Assembly (NCBI GenBank): GCA_021513715.1
Contig: CP084167.1
Coordinates: 2,176,001-2,240,000 of the forward strand
Direction: 5' to 3'
Origin: Candidatus Heimdallarchaeum endolithica
Lineage (GTDB): Archaea > Asgardarchaeota > Heimdallarchaeia > Heimdallarchaeales > Heimdallarchaeaceae
Length of the DNA stretch: 64,000 bases
Of the stretch, positions 28,791 through 40,500 are shown in pieces. Made by a program: the position numbers and the translations under genes. The notes under the pieces were generated by a model. That model did no database searches, was not told the origin of the DNA, and saw nothing but the letters and a program-made list of their open reading frames with translations. The first letter of the stretch is position 1. Every line of letters begins with the position of its first letter.

Positions 28791-30071
28791 ATGACTAGTG
28801 TTCATAAGCAGTATCTCGACAAGAATGTTTACGAAGCGACAATTGAGCGTTTAGAGCTTATACTAGATGAATTTGAAAAAGTATACATCTCTTTTTCAGG
28901 AGGAAAAGATTCTTCTGTTTTACTGCAAATATTATTAGAAGTAGCGGAGAGAAAGGGAAAACTACCTGTAGGTGCACTGTTTGTTGATCTGGAGGCACAG
29001 TATAAAGCTACTATCAGACATGTTGAAGAGATGATTATTGATAACCCAAAGGTTGAGCCCTATTGGATTTGTCTCCCTATTAATCTGCGTAATGCAGTAT
29101 CAGTCTATCAGAGCCAATGGCAATGTTGGAACCCAGAAGAGAAAGAAAAATGGGTAAGAGAGATGCCGAAATATGATTGTGTCATCTCAGATGTAAACTT
29201 TTTTCCTTTTTTCCGTTATGGAATGGAATTTGAAGATTTTGTTCCAAAATTTGGAGAATGGTACGCGAAGGGAAAAAAGACCGCTTGTCTCGTAGCTATC
29301 AGAACAGACGAAAGTTTAAACCGCTTCAGAACAATTAAGAGCACAAAAAAGGAGACGTACAAAGGGTTGGGATACTCAACAAAAATAAGTGAAAACGTCT
29401 ATAACTTCTATCCTATTTACGATTGGAGAACAGAGGATATATGGACAGCAGTAGGTAAGTTCAACTTCAAATATAATAAAATATACGACCTAATATATAT
29501 GAAAGGAAAATCTATACATGAAGCGAGAATATGCCAACCGTACGGAGACGACCAGAGAAAAGGGCTAGAACTATTCCGTTATACTGAACCAGATACATGG
29601 GCAAAGGTAGTAGAAAGGGTCTCGGGGGCGAATTATGGGAACATGTATGTCAACACCTACTTGATGGGAAGAAGAAAAGTAATCTTACCAGAGGGACATA
29701 CATGGAAAAGCTATACAGAGTTCTTATTAAACACCTTACCCAGATTTGAAAAAGAGTGGTACTTAAGAAAATTCGATGTTTTCTTCAAATGGTGGGCGAA
29801 AAAAGGAAATTATTATTACCCGAGATATGATAGAGAAAAAGAAAAATTCGTTTATGAAGTAATAGACGAACATAACTATGCAGATGGACTACCTAAAGTA
29901 ATACCAGACTACGCAGAAAGGAAAATGGAAACAGAAAGAAAAGTGCCTTCGTGGAGAAGATTGGCAGAAGTGATAATAAAAAATGACAAACTGTGTAAAA
30001 GGTTAACTTTCTCAGGAACAGTAGGACAATATGCACTATACGAGCACTTGAGGGATGTGTATGGATATTAA
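28791..30071 (+). CDS. ibrA: IbrA/YbdN-like PAPS-reductase-family (PP-loop, DUF3440) protein
   Basis: SFSGGKDS, DLEAQY, IRTDESLNR, YPIYDW, RICQPYG and PSWRR motifs. Confidence 0.88.
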   Translation: MTSVHKQYLDKNVYEATIERLELILDEFEKVYISFSGGKDSSVLLQILLEVAERKGKLPVGALFVDLEAQYKATIRHVEEMIIDNPKVEPYWICLPINLRNAVSVYQSQWQCWNPEEKEKWVREMPKYDCVISDVNFFPFFRYGMEFEDFVPKFGEWYAKGKKTACLVAIRTDESLNRFRTIKSTKKETYKGLGYSTKISENVYNFYPIYDWRTEDIWTAVGKFNFKYNKIYDLIYMKGKSIHEARICQPYGDDQRKGLELFRYTEPDTWAKVVERVSGANYGNMYVNTYLMGRRKVILPEGHTWKSYTEFLLNTLPRFEKEWYLRKFDVFFKWWAKKGNYYYPRYDREKEKFVYEVIDEHNYADGLPKVIPDYAERKMETERKVPSWRRLAEVIIKNDKLCKRLTFSGTVGQYALYEHLRDVYGY

Positions 30072-30687
30072 AAAAATAAATCAAAAAATAGAAAAAATAA
30101 AAGAAGAAATGAAGTTTCTGGAAGAACTAGAACTAGAAGAAAAAGTAGAAGCAATAAACAAACTAAAAATAGCACTAGCAGAATATAGCCCATTCGAAGA
30201 ACCAGTAGACGTGGTAATGTGGGTGAAAGCGGAAAATGTAGTGGCAAACGATTACAACCCAAATAGAGTAGCACCACCAGAAATGAAATTACTAAAACTG
30301 TCAATAGAACAAGACGGATTCACACAACCAATAGTAGGTTATAAAGCAGATGGAGCAGTAATAATAGTAGACGGGTTCCACAGAAACAGAGTAGGAAGAG
30401 AAGAAGAAAAAATAAGAAAAAGATTACATGGATACTTGCCGATAACAGTGATAGATAAACCACTAAGAGAAAGAATGGCGTCAACAATAAGACACAACAG
30501 AGCAAGAGGAACACACCAGATAGGATCAATGGCAGAACTGGTAGCAGAACTACACTTCATGGGGTGGAGCGATAAAAAAATAGCAGAACAACTAGGAATG
30601 GAAAAAGATGAAGTACTAAGGTTCAAACAATTCAAAGGATTAGGAGACCTGTTCAAAAACAGGCAATTCTCAAAAGCATGGCAATAA
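30061..30687 (+). CDS. ibrB: IbrB/YbdM-like ParB/Srx-domain protein
   Basis: ANDYNPN, GFTQPIV, IVDGFHR, STIRHNRARG and C-terminal FSKAW; overlaps ibrA. Confidence 0.9.
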   Translation: MDIKKINQKIEKIKEEMKFLEELELEEKVEAINKLKIALAEYSPFEEPVDVVMWVKAENVVANDYNPNRVAPPEMKLLKLSIEQDGFTQPIVGYKADGAVIIVDGFHRNRVGREEEKIRKRLHGYLPITVIDKPLRERMASTIRHNRARGTHQIGSMAELVAELHFMGWSDKKIAEQLGMEKDEVLRFKQFKGLGDLFKNRQFSKAWQ

Positions 30688-30803
30688 AGGAGAAAACAGG
30701 CAATTCTCAAAAGCATGGCAATAAAGGAGAAAACAGGAAATTCTCAAAAGCATGGCAATAAAGGAGAAAACAGGAAATTCTCAAAAGCATGGCAATAAAG
30801 GAG
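30656..30803 (+). repeat. 37-bp tandem repeat x4 containing the ibrB stop codon
   Basis: AAAACAGG(C/A)AATTCTCAAAAGCATGGCAATAAAGGAG at 30656, 30693, 30730 and 30767; no spacers. Confidence 0.95.
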
Positions 30804-31062
30804 AAAAAGATAAGCAGAGATAAGCAGAGATAAGGAAGAAAGGAAAGAAAAAAAGAAAATAAGTATAAAGAGAAAAAATAATGAAGAAAATAAAACCTTA
30901 ACACAATTGAGAATTAGAAAATAATAAGCAAGAAATGAATGCACTTTTCTAATTAACTCGGATTTTTATACAAAATTTTGGCAATGTAATCTAACACTCA
31001 AGAAAGGAATATGCGGAAAAGAGGAAAAACTAACAATCATTGAGACATGAATGAGATAGTTG

Positions 31063-31102
31063 GAATAAAATAGAATAAAATAGAATAAAATAGAATAAAA
31101 TA
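31063..31102 (+). repeat. 10-bp tandem repeat (GAATAAAATA x4)
   Basis: Read directly. Confidence 0.8.
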
Positions 31103-31420
31103 AAAATGATGATGGCTTACTGTTTCTTTATTTGACTTGATTGTATGATTATTTTATTCAAAAGTCTAATGCGTTTAAATCAGATAAGTAAGATCAACTA
31201 TTGAAAAATCTAATTAAAAACCTATTTTTGTAAGTTTTATGAAGAAGGATGATAGTATACAATTGCTTAGATCACAAATCTAATACTGATAAAAAAAAAA
31301 AGAAAAAGAAAAAGAAAAAAAAGTAGCTGTAAGGGAACCTGAAAGATTACCTCCTATGGAAAAAGAGAAAAAAAAGAAAAAGAATTAGAAAAAATGTTTT
31401 TAGAAAAATTGAGACAAATA

Positions 31421-31488
31421 AAAAAGTCCAATGATAACAAGAACTCCAAGCAATGAAAAACAGAGAGTAAATAAAGAGAATAAGAGGG
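31421..31488 (+). repeat. 68-bp direct repeat, copy 2
   Basis: Matches 28665..28732; lies 15 bp beyond the stop of the 5326-aa gene. Confidence 0.92.
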
Positions 31489-31503
31489 AGGAGCCTATTG
31501 AAT

Positions 31504-34500
31504 TTATTTTGGTTTATTTTTTTTCATTTCTGTTGTTATTGCCTCCCATATCCTATAATAAAAAGTCATACCTAGTTTCACATTTTCATATTTTTGTATT
31601 TTATATCTTATATCTTGCGGATTTTCGTTGTAGTAATTTTTTATATCATAATAATTTTCTATTGTTCCGTATACATCTTCCCATATCAAGTATTCTTTGT
31701 ACATTGTTTTCAGTGCTTCTTCATAGTTCATTAATCCATATTTTGTTATTGGATAGATTAATCCTTTTTTTACATCATTGTTTTTCTTGTATGAAATAGC
31801 TACACGATGAAAAGTACCTCCTTCATCTTCTACAAGCTTTAAATTTAATTTATCGTATTTTTTATATAAACAAAACACATTCACTGAGTTAGTTAATTCT
31901 TCCATTGATATTTTTACTTCTTCTACATTTTCTTCTTCTGCTTTCATGTATGCTAGTGCTATTAAAGAATTCAACATTTCTATTGATATTCCCATCTCAT
32001 TTTTTGTTTCTCCAAAAAGTCCCTTTAGTCCTTCCGCTGTTACCAGGTAGTCTATTCTTCCATATTTTGTTATGTCTTTTTGTAAGTTTATTGTATCTCC
32101 TGTTTGTATTTCTCCTATTATTCCTTTTATTTTTTCCAACATCTCTTTATAGTGCTTATTGTATAGTTCTTGGTTTATTTCTGCTACTTTTTTCATTTCT
32201 TTATCTATTATTTCATTCATTATCTTTAGCACTTTTCTTGTTCCTTTTTCTCCCCCATGGAATGATATGCATATTGTATAATCATCTTTTGTTCTTTTGC
32301 TTAATTTTTTTGTTTGTATTATTTCTACGAATCTATAATTATTCACCTTATTTTCTTTTAATCTTATTAAAAACACCATGTATAAACTTCTTGTATCTTC
32401 TGTTACTTCTGGTATGTATACTCTTTCTCCAAATATACTCTTTAGTTTACTTCTTACTATTTCTAATTGCTCTTTGTACGTCTTATAATCTATTTTTTCT
32501 CCTTCCAGTTCTCCACTGTTTTCTTTGTTATACCATTTACCCAACTTTGTCTCTAGTATTATTTTTTCTATTATTGCTCTTATGTAACCGTTCTCGTTTA
32601 TCAAGAATTCCATATTCTTATCTAATACTATTTTATCTACATTACGCATTAGCGTTACCAGTTCACTTATTTTACTTTTTATTTTTACACTTCTTCCTTC
32701 ATTATTAGCGGTATATCTTACTATCTGACTTTTTATTCCTGGATTTTTCTTTGTTAATTGTGCTAACAGATCATCATCTTCTACTAGTAGTGTTTCTACT
32801 ACGTCTATTTCGTAGTTATATTCCTTTCTTCCTGTTGTAAAAATGTTTATTTCTTCTTCTGTTAACTGATCTTTAAACGCTTCGTAATAACCTATAGGTG
32901 TCAACACATTTTCTAGTATTTGTGCTAGTTTATTGTTTACTTCTGCTGGTGATATTGGAGAATTCACGTTATTTACTATTAAAAAGCTATTAACCATTTT
33001 ATTTATCCTTTCTTTTGGGTTAAACAGGCTAGCCATTTCTTTTAATCTTTTTAGTTCTATTATTCTCTCGTTTATTTCGTTTCTTAACTTTATCATTAAT
33101 TCTTCATCTATTTTTGCTTCACTTGTAAAGAGTATTTTTGCTAATTGTTCTACTATTTGATAATCTTCTTCCTTTGCTTTTTCTATTTCTGCTTTATCAT
33201 CCATTCTGTTTATTACTTCTAAATATTTTTTCATTTCTTCTACTGCATCATTTACATTCATAGGTCTTTTATCTATGATAATCTTGCCGTCCTTATTTAT
33301 ATCCATCTCTAATGCTAGGACATTTTTATTTTTCAAAAATTTGCTAAAATAAAGGGCATTATCAGATATCGCTTTCCATATTTCCGCTTTACTTAATTTT
33401 AGATTCTTTTCTAAAATTGTAAATGTATCATAGGTACTTACTTCTTGTATATTATTTAGTTGTTGTGCTAGATTTACGATTTGTTGTTCTTTACCTGTTA
33501 GTGCATTTTTCCCATTTAATTTTGAATTTATTGGCCAATAAATCATTTCTCCTTTACTATCCTTAATTATTTTTCCATCCCTATCTTGTAATATTAGCAC
33601 AGGTATCAATTCATTATTTTTCTCTATTACTACTCTTATTCGTGCCCAAGTATCTAGTCCTATACCATTTTTCAGTTCGATTTCTTTTCCATCAAAGGAA
33701 TATAGTTTATAATTTATAGGTTCACTTTTTTCTATCTCTGTAATTCTGTTTTCGTCAACTTTTAAGGTGTATTTTATATGTTCTGTTGGTATATAATCCG
33801 TTTTTATTATACGCACACTTTTTTCATCTTTAGCATATTCAGAATTGAAACAGTCTAAATATTCTGCTTTACTTACTACTTTTTCTTGACCATTTTCAAT
33901 AGTCGTATAAAATACAATAACATATCCTTTTGTATGTGATGTTATAAAATATGCTTTAGCATTCTCCCCGAAATCAGTCCTGAATTTTTCATTCAAGCTG
34001 TTAGTATCTATTACATTTAATATCCCTCTAACAGCTATTTTGAGACGTTCTGTGCTTTTTATTGGTTGAAATTGTAAGTATTTTCCTTTTGCTGTTATAT
34101 CGTTATTTTTCTTATCTACTACCTGTACATAATCTAGTAATGTTGAATAACCCGTGCTTGCATGATAGCTTATTTTATATCCTAGCATCGCCATAGCCAT
34201 TTCATCTGTTGTAATCTTGTTAGTCTGGCCACAGAAAAGGTAATTTACTACTCCTAACAGAGTTGAAAATATACCCGTATTACTAGCTATATTTCTTGGT
34301 CTATAATCCACTTCCTTCTTTATTATATGATTTAGTAATTTTGAAGTTAAATATGCTTCCTTATTTGTATAATCATATGCTAAAGGAAAATTGTCTAGCA
34401 AACCTGCAGTTAGATAGTATGCAAAATTATACTTCCCCTTATGTGTGAATGAAGTTTGTAAATCATTATTAGAAAGATACTTTAGTTCTACAAAGTTTCC

Positions 34501-37500
34501 CCCTGTTGTTATAAGATCTATCCCCACGTAATTTTCTGCTATTTTGTCTTGGGGGTTAATTAACTCAATAGTACTTTTTAAGATCGTATTTTTCAAGTTG
34601 ACATTAAAGGGTTTTTTTTCTCCCTCTTTTAGAGATTCTTTAATGGAAATAAATGGATTCTTAGAATCTAAAGTATTGTAAAGTATTTTATCTGTTTTTC
34701 TTAATAATTCTTTCAAGATGTTTATTGATTTTTCTGCTGCAACTTTGGTTGTGGATGTAGATTCTTTTTCTTTTATGTTTTCGAATAGTTTTTGTGTAAG
34801 TTCCTTGTATAAGAACATTCGTTGTAATAAGGTAAAAAGAGGAATAACAGACTTAAGTTGGGAGTGATAAGTAAATTCTTCAGTGCCATCTGTTGTTGGA
34901 TCAAACAGCTTAACTAGTAAACTTTGTCCATAGCCATTTTCTTTTAGCCAATTGAAAAATTTCACATCTAGGTTTTCTGAGAATATGTCTAGTAATTCTT
35001 CTTTATTTATTATTCCTGCCAATCTATCAGGAAGTTCAACGTAACGAATAAAAAATTCAGGAGATCTACTATGTGTTCTTTTTAGTTCTTTTATTGTTTT
35101 TTCTGTTATTTCTTCTAGTTCTTTTTCTGTTATTGTTGGATTCAGTTTTCTTTTCATTTCTTTTACATTTTCAATTGTTTTATCCCAATCTACGAATGAA
35201 TTACGAACTAAGCATATTCCTTCACTTTTTATTGCTTCAAAAACATTAAAATGATCCAACAGATCAAGACTTTCTTTAAAGGACAGTTTACTATCTATTA
35301 TCCCTGCTCCAGTGGTTTTCAGGTCTTGAATTTTATCTATTTTTGTTCCTTCTGGAGTAACTGAGTATACTGGGTATACTCCTTCATTTTGCACGTTTAG
35401 AGCCGTTATATAACTTAATGACAAGTATTTTAGTGGAGCCTCCATTATCAAATTTTGAGTGTTTTGCATTATCAATTGGGCTGTTACTCTTGATTTCAGC
35501 ATTAGTTCTACTAGTTCTTGTGCTTTTATTGGCTTTCCACTTAGCAGTTCGTTGTTTACCCATTTTCTGAGTACGAATGCCGCTACTACATCTATATCAG
35601 TTGCTTTGCTGAAAAGTTCTGCTGCTTCTTTTACTATTGTGTTTATACCCATTAAAGGTGCAGAATAAGTAAGAAGTAACAATTTCTGTGGTAGAAAAAT
35701 AGTAATTTGGGCAAAAGTGTTGACATATTTCAATAATCTTAGAGTGAGAGCAATTTTACCTCCACTATCTAAAAGACTCAAGAATTTGTTGCGTTTAGTG
35801 ATAAATTTAATTATCCGTCTTTCAGCAAAACTTCCAACATTGCTTATGAATCTTATAAAACCTTTTGTTGTTTTTGTTGTAATTCTTGAAGCTTTTGTCA
35901 TTGAATTCAATAAATCTTTTGTTGGAGATTGTGTAGGTGTGGGGGCAAAGAAACAAATAATATTGATAATATCCATTGGTATTTGGGATAAAGCCATTGC
36001 TCTAACAAAAGCGTCAGGAGCACAGACAGAGTCTCTTATATCAGCTAGCAAAGCTGTAACACTGAAAGTATTAACTAGCATTTCCCAGAAAGCTAAAGCT
36101 TCAAAATCGGAAAGTTTGGTCTTTTTTCCATTGAAATAGTGGAAGTAATCTAGGCTTACATACCAATCATAATCTCCAGAATCAGTTAGAGAAGGTACGG
36201 CTATAATGAAGTAACCATCATCAAAATCTTCATGTCCATCAGAATAAGCTTCTTGTACTGAATAGACTTTAATAGAATAAGGGCCATATTTCATTAATTG
36301 TTCTTTGAAATGGTAGTACATGTAAGCATCTCTTTTATTCATGTTGTAGTGTTCAGGAGTGTACTCTTCATTTGTCATCCAATCAATCATTTTCCAGTTA
36401 CCACTTTTTGCCCAATCTTGTAATATTTCCTCCATTTCGTAGTCAGGTACAAGGGGTAAATACTTAGAAGGTTCAGAACCATCACGTGGTTTAAGTTCTG
36501 GTTCATTTTTAACTAAAATGGAGTCGAGATACCAGTCCCAATAATCATTTATACAAAGCAATGATTTAGTTTTTTCGCTAGTGTCAAATATTTCTCCTTT
36601 TGCCAATCCTGCTCCACGGGTTGTTCCTAACATCAACCCCCAAAGCAAGATAAAAGTAGACTTCCATCCTCGATAATCTTCTTCAGAGAGGACAGAGTCA
36701 TCTCCATCATTACCTCTCCAATTACCAAATAAACCTTTGATCAATCCGCCAGAGCGGAAGAAAATACTAAACATCTGTTTAAGAGGGAGTAGAAAAGATT
36801 TCACTCCCATAGTGAATTTTGACCAACCTTTGAGCTCTTTGGTTCTATCCCAGAAAGTGAGAGGATAACTAGTGGTGAAATAGGTAAGGATGTCTGATGA
36901 ATGTATAGCAAACTCTATTATTCCTGCAGAAACATCATAGATAAGTGTACCATTCTCGTCATAAAACTCTGCGGGGATATCTTCCCAAGTATAATCTGCA
37001 CCTAGAATTTCATCAAAAATAGTCAAGCTCACCACATCTGTAGGTAAATCCATATCTACTAACATAATATTCTGGTGAAGATAAGCGATTGCGATCTGAA
37101 AAGAGCTAATGAAATCGTTTTTTACATTCCCATAAAGAGAGGGAAGAATGTTGGTGTTTGTCCACACTTCAGGAGTAGCTAATCCTTCTCCTATCGTGCG
37201 TTCTGTTGTTTCATTTATCCATTCTCTTACAAATTCGCAGTTATCTATTTGATTAGCGGAAGGAAGACCAAACATTGCGTTAGTATTATAAGCATATACT
37301 CTACCTCTAGTGTTAACCATCTCTAGACCATAGCTTTCTTTTGAAACTAGGTCAGTATGATAGGTGTAGAGAGTGTGGCTTTGTTCATCATAAATGTAGT
37401 TACGAGAATAAGTTTCATTTTTTTCCGTAAGGTATAAGTAAGAGGAATCGATTTTGGGTCTATACATTTCTAATTCAAAATTATCAAATTGGACAGTTGT

Positions 37501-40500
37501 GCGAAGAGCATAAGTTTGAGTCAAATTATTATTATAGTCTAACGTATTTTCAATAAGATAATCTTTTGTCAGTTTGAAATCAGTAGAGTTAAGAGGGTCA
37601 ATAAAGGTTAAAGTTTCTTTTTCTTCTTCTTTTTCTAAATCTATGGATATGGAACGAGCTTCAGAGATGTCGACATTAAGACTAGAGTTATATTGAGAAG
37701 AGAGATCGAGAGAGAGACCTGCAACTGTCTCTAAATGAATTTTATCTCTAGAACTTGTAGGTACACCATAACGGTATGCACTAGTAACAGGGTCAACCAA
37801 TGTTTCATTTGCTCCAGGAATAATAGAACAGTCTTCAATATCTGGGACACCAAAACCGTCGTAAAGTTTAGGTATCCACTCAGAATCTATTCCTGGGTCA
37901 TATTGACTGTTGTTGTTTCTATCTTGGAAATACCAGTATTCGACAAAACTGTACATTCCCACCAAGAAAGAAAAAGGTTGAACAAAGGAGTGACTTGTTC
38001 CCTTATCTAATACTATTGCATAATTCATCTGGAAAAGAAGAAATTTCCAGTTGTATTTGGTACCATTAGTAGGGGTGATAAGATTACCTTCTTCATCATA
38101 CCATTTCTTACCTTTGTATAATTCCTCAACTCCTGAAATACCAGTGAAGTAAACTCTCCAATGGTGGTATGTTCCATAGCTATCGACATAGAATCCTCCT
38201 TTGTAAACATTGTAGGGGTTGAGAGGAATAGTATCTATAGTTTGCATTTTAGAGTAGGCAAAAGTTTTAGTATCAGACTTTTTGCGAGTAAAATCGACTT
38301 CTAGTTGGTTATTAAACCGAATAGTATTTTTAGCTAAAACATTAGAATAGTCGACATGCACTTCATCAGGTTCTACAAAGTTGTGAATTAAATCCCAACA
38401 AGGTTCAATTATTGCTCCAAAAAAGGCGTTTTCTTCACTTACACGTTCTAAGATTAGACTTATTTGATGAATGCCCTTTTTATTTAGGAATATGGTAGAA
38501 GGAGGAGAACTGTAGTGATCTAAAACTGAACTTTCATTTACTTCTCCTTTTGCTACTCCTGCCCACAAAGCAACTTCGCGGTTATCCCTTATATCTCCGT
38601 ATACTTCCCAAGGTTCAGTTTTTCTATTTAACCCTTCACTATTGAGAGGAATAAGTAGTTTATCTCCGTAAAAGGTTATTTCATTCCACATAGCTTCGTT
38701 GTCCATAACTAAGGGGATACCATCAATCATCAACTGTTTAATAACTATTGTTTCATGAGTAAAAGCGATGATAAGTTCGCTTTCATTTATATCTTGTGTA
38801 AAGTCTACACAAGTAACAAGGGCTACTTGTTGTCCCGCATGAACAGAATAAGGCAATTCTCCAAGACTGAAAACTCCATATTCATCTTCTAAACTTATTT
38901 TTTCAAAAACGAAACGTTCTTCATTATTCAAGAGAAAAGTTTCTCCTTCCAAAGGCATAGTTCGAGAAAGTAGATGAGTTATAGCTGCTGTCGATTCCCC
39001 GTCGTTGTAATAAGCATTAGAGACTAACCACTCACGTATACGGTTATTATTCTCTCCTGCATTAAGTTGTACTATTCCATCGCTCATATAACTTATTCTT
39101 ATTTTCTTGGGGAAAGAATAAACAGGAAAGATAAGGTGAAGGAATAAAGGAGTGAGTTCAGTTTGAGGGGTGAAGAAACGAGTAGATGAACCCATTCCTA
39201 GTTCTTGTTTTTTCATTATAGTTGCAAAACCTGTGGAAAGGACAAATATACCGTTTGTTTCTATTTCAAAAAAGACTTTACTTGAAGTGAAATCAGAAGT
39301 AAGATAAAGAACAAGATCGTAAGTTATGTGAGTTTGATTGTCTATAAACTCATGATAAACGAATACTTCATCCAGATTTATCCATCCATCAAGAGAGACG
39401 TTATATTGTTGCCATTTTAGTTCTCCAACAAAAGATTGAGTGTCTTTATTTACTGCAGAAACTCTAGCTCCAGCATAAGGATATCTTCCAGCTACTAAAT
39501 TGTTATATACACGAAATTCAGTGAGGTAGAAGGTTGTGTCAGGAGTAACGGTGAACTCTACTTTTTGTTTTTCCGTTGAAAATCCTCCGTATCCATAGTC
39601 GGCATAAGTTTCATATTCTGAGAGATCAAAGGAAGCAGGATAAGTGTCAGTCTTCTTGATGTAAAGAATAAGTTGGAAAAGATCTATTCTGAAATAACTC
39701 CACTTTCCTTCCTCTTTTGTACAAGTAAGAGTAACAGTGAAAAGGTTACTTTGTGAATCGTAAGAATATGCTCCTGTATCTCGTTCAGAATCATTCATAC
39801 CAAAATTGAGAGTGAGTAAAACGGGGTATCTCTCGTTAGTATGTATATCTGTAAGGAAAAAGGGAGTGTCGAAAGTAATATTTCCTTTTCCTTTGGCAAA
39901 TCCTTCTAGTACAAAGTTCTCTCTTTTATCTGGTAGAGGAAGATAACCACCGATAGGTAGAGAGAATTTCGTTACTTTCTGTTGTAACTCTTGGTCATGA
40001 ACAATTTGCTGTCCTCCCGTGTATTTGACTGGGACATATTTAGCGCTCTCGTAGTCGTTTACTTGTGGAACATAAAGGAAAGAAGAGGCATGCTGCTCAT
40101 TTTCTATCATAAGGTGAAATATCGCGCTAATACGTTTGGAAGTGAGAGTAATTCGTAAAGGTTTCTTGTAATCGAACTCTGTTTCAAAAGTATAAGTATA
40201 CTTTCTCCGCTCCAAAGAAGAAGAGATTTGTTCCCACTTCAGAGTCTGAGTCTCGCTTGTTCTATGTTGATCTGTAACGGTTACTGAAACTTCAGAATAG
40301 ATATCATAAACGGTACATCCGAAAACGGTTATAACGACTTTCTTGAGTAACTTGTTTTTTATGCTTGTCGCTCCTGAAAGGTCTTCCTCTTTAACTATTT
40401 TTTCATCTATTTGGTCGTCATCAAAATCTTCTTCTATTCCTCCAAAATATAGATCATCTATTTCTGTTAGACCAGCTCGACTGTGTATTTCGAAAGTGAA

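Noticed and set aside
30656-30803. CRISPR array
   Set aside because: The 37-bp units are contiguous with no unique spacers, derive from the ibrB 3' end, and there are no cas genes.
30912-30954. 10-bp inverted repeat AATTAGAAAA/TTTTCTAATT
   Set aside because: Low complexity; expected by chance in this AT-rich spacer.
31431-33160. Plus-strand Phe/Leu-rich ORFs (31431, 31905, 32933) as membrane or immunity proteins
   Set aside because: They are antisense shadows of the A-rich giant gene.
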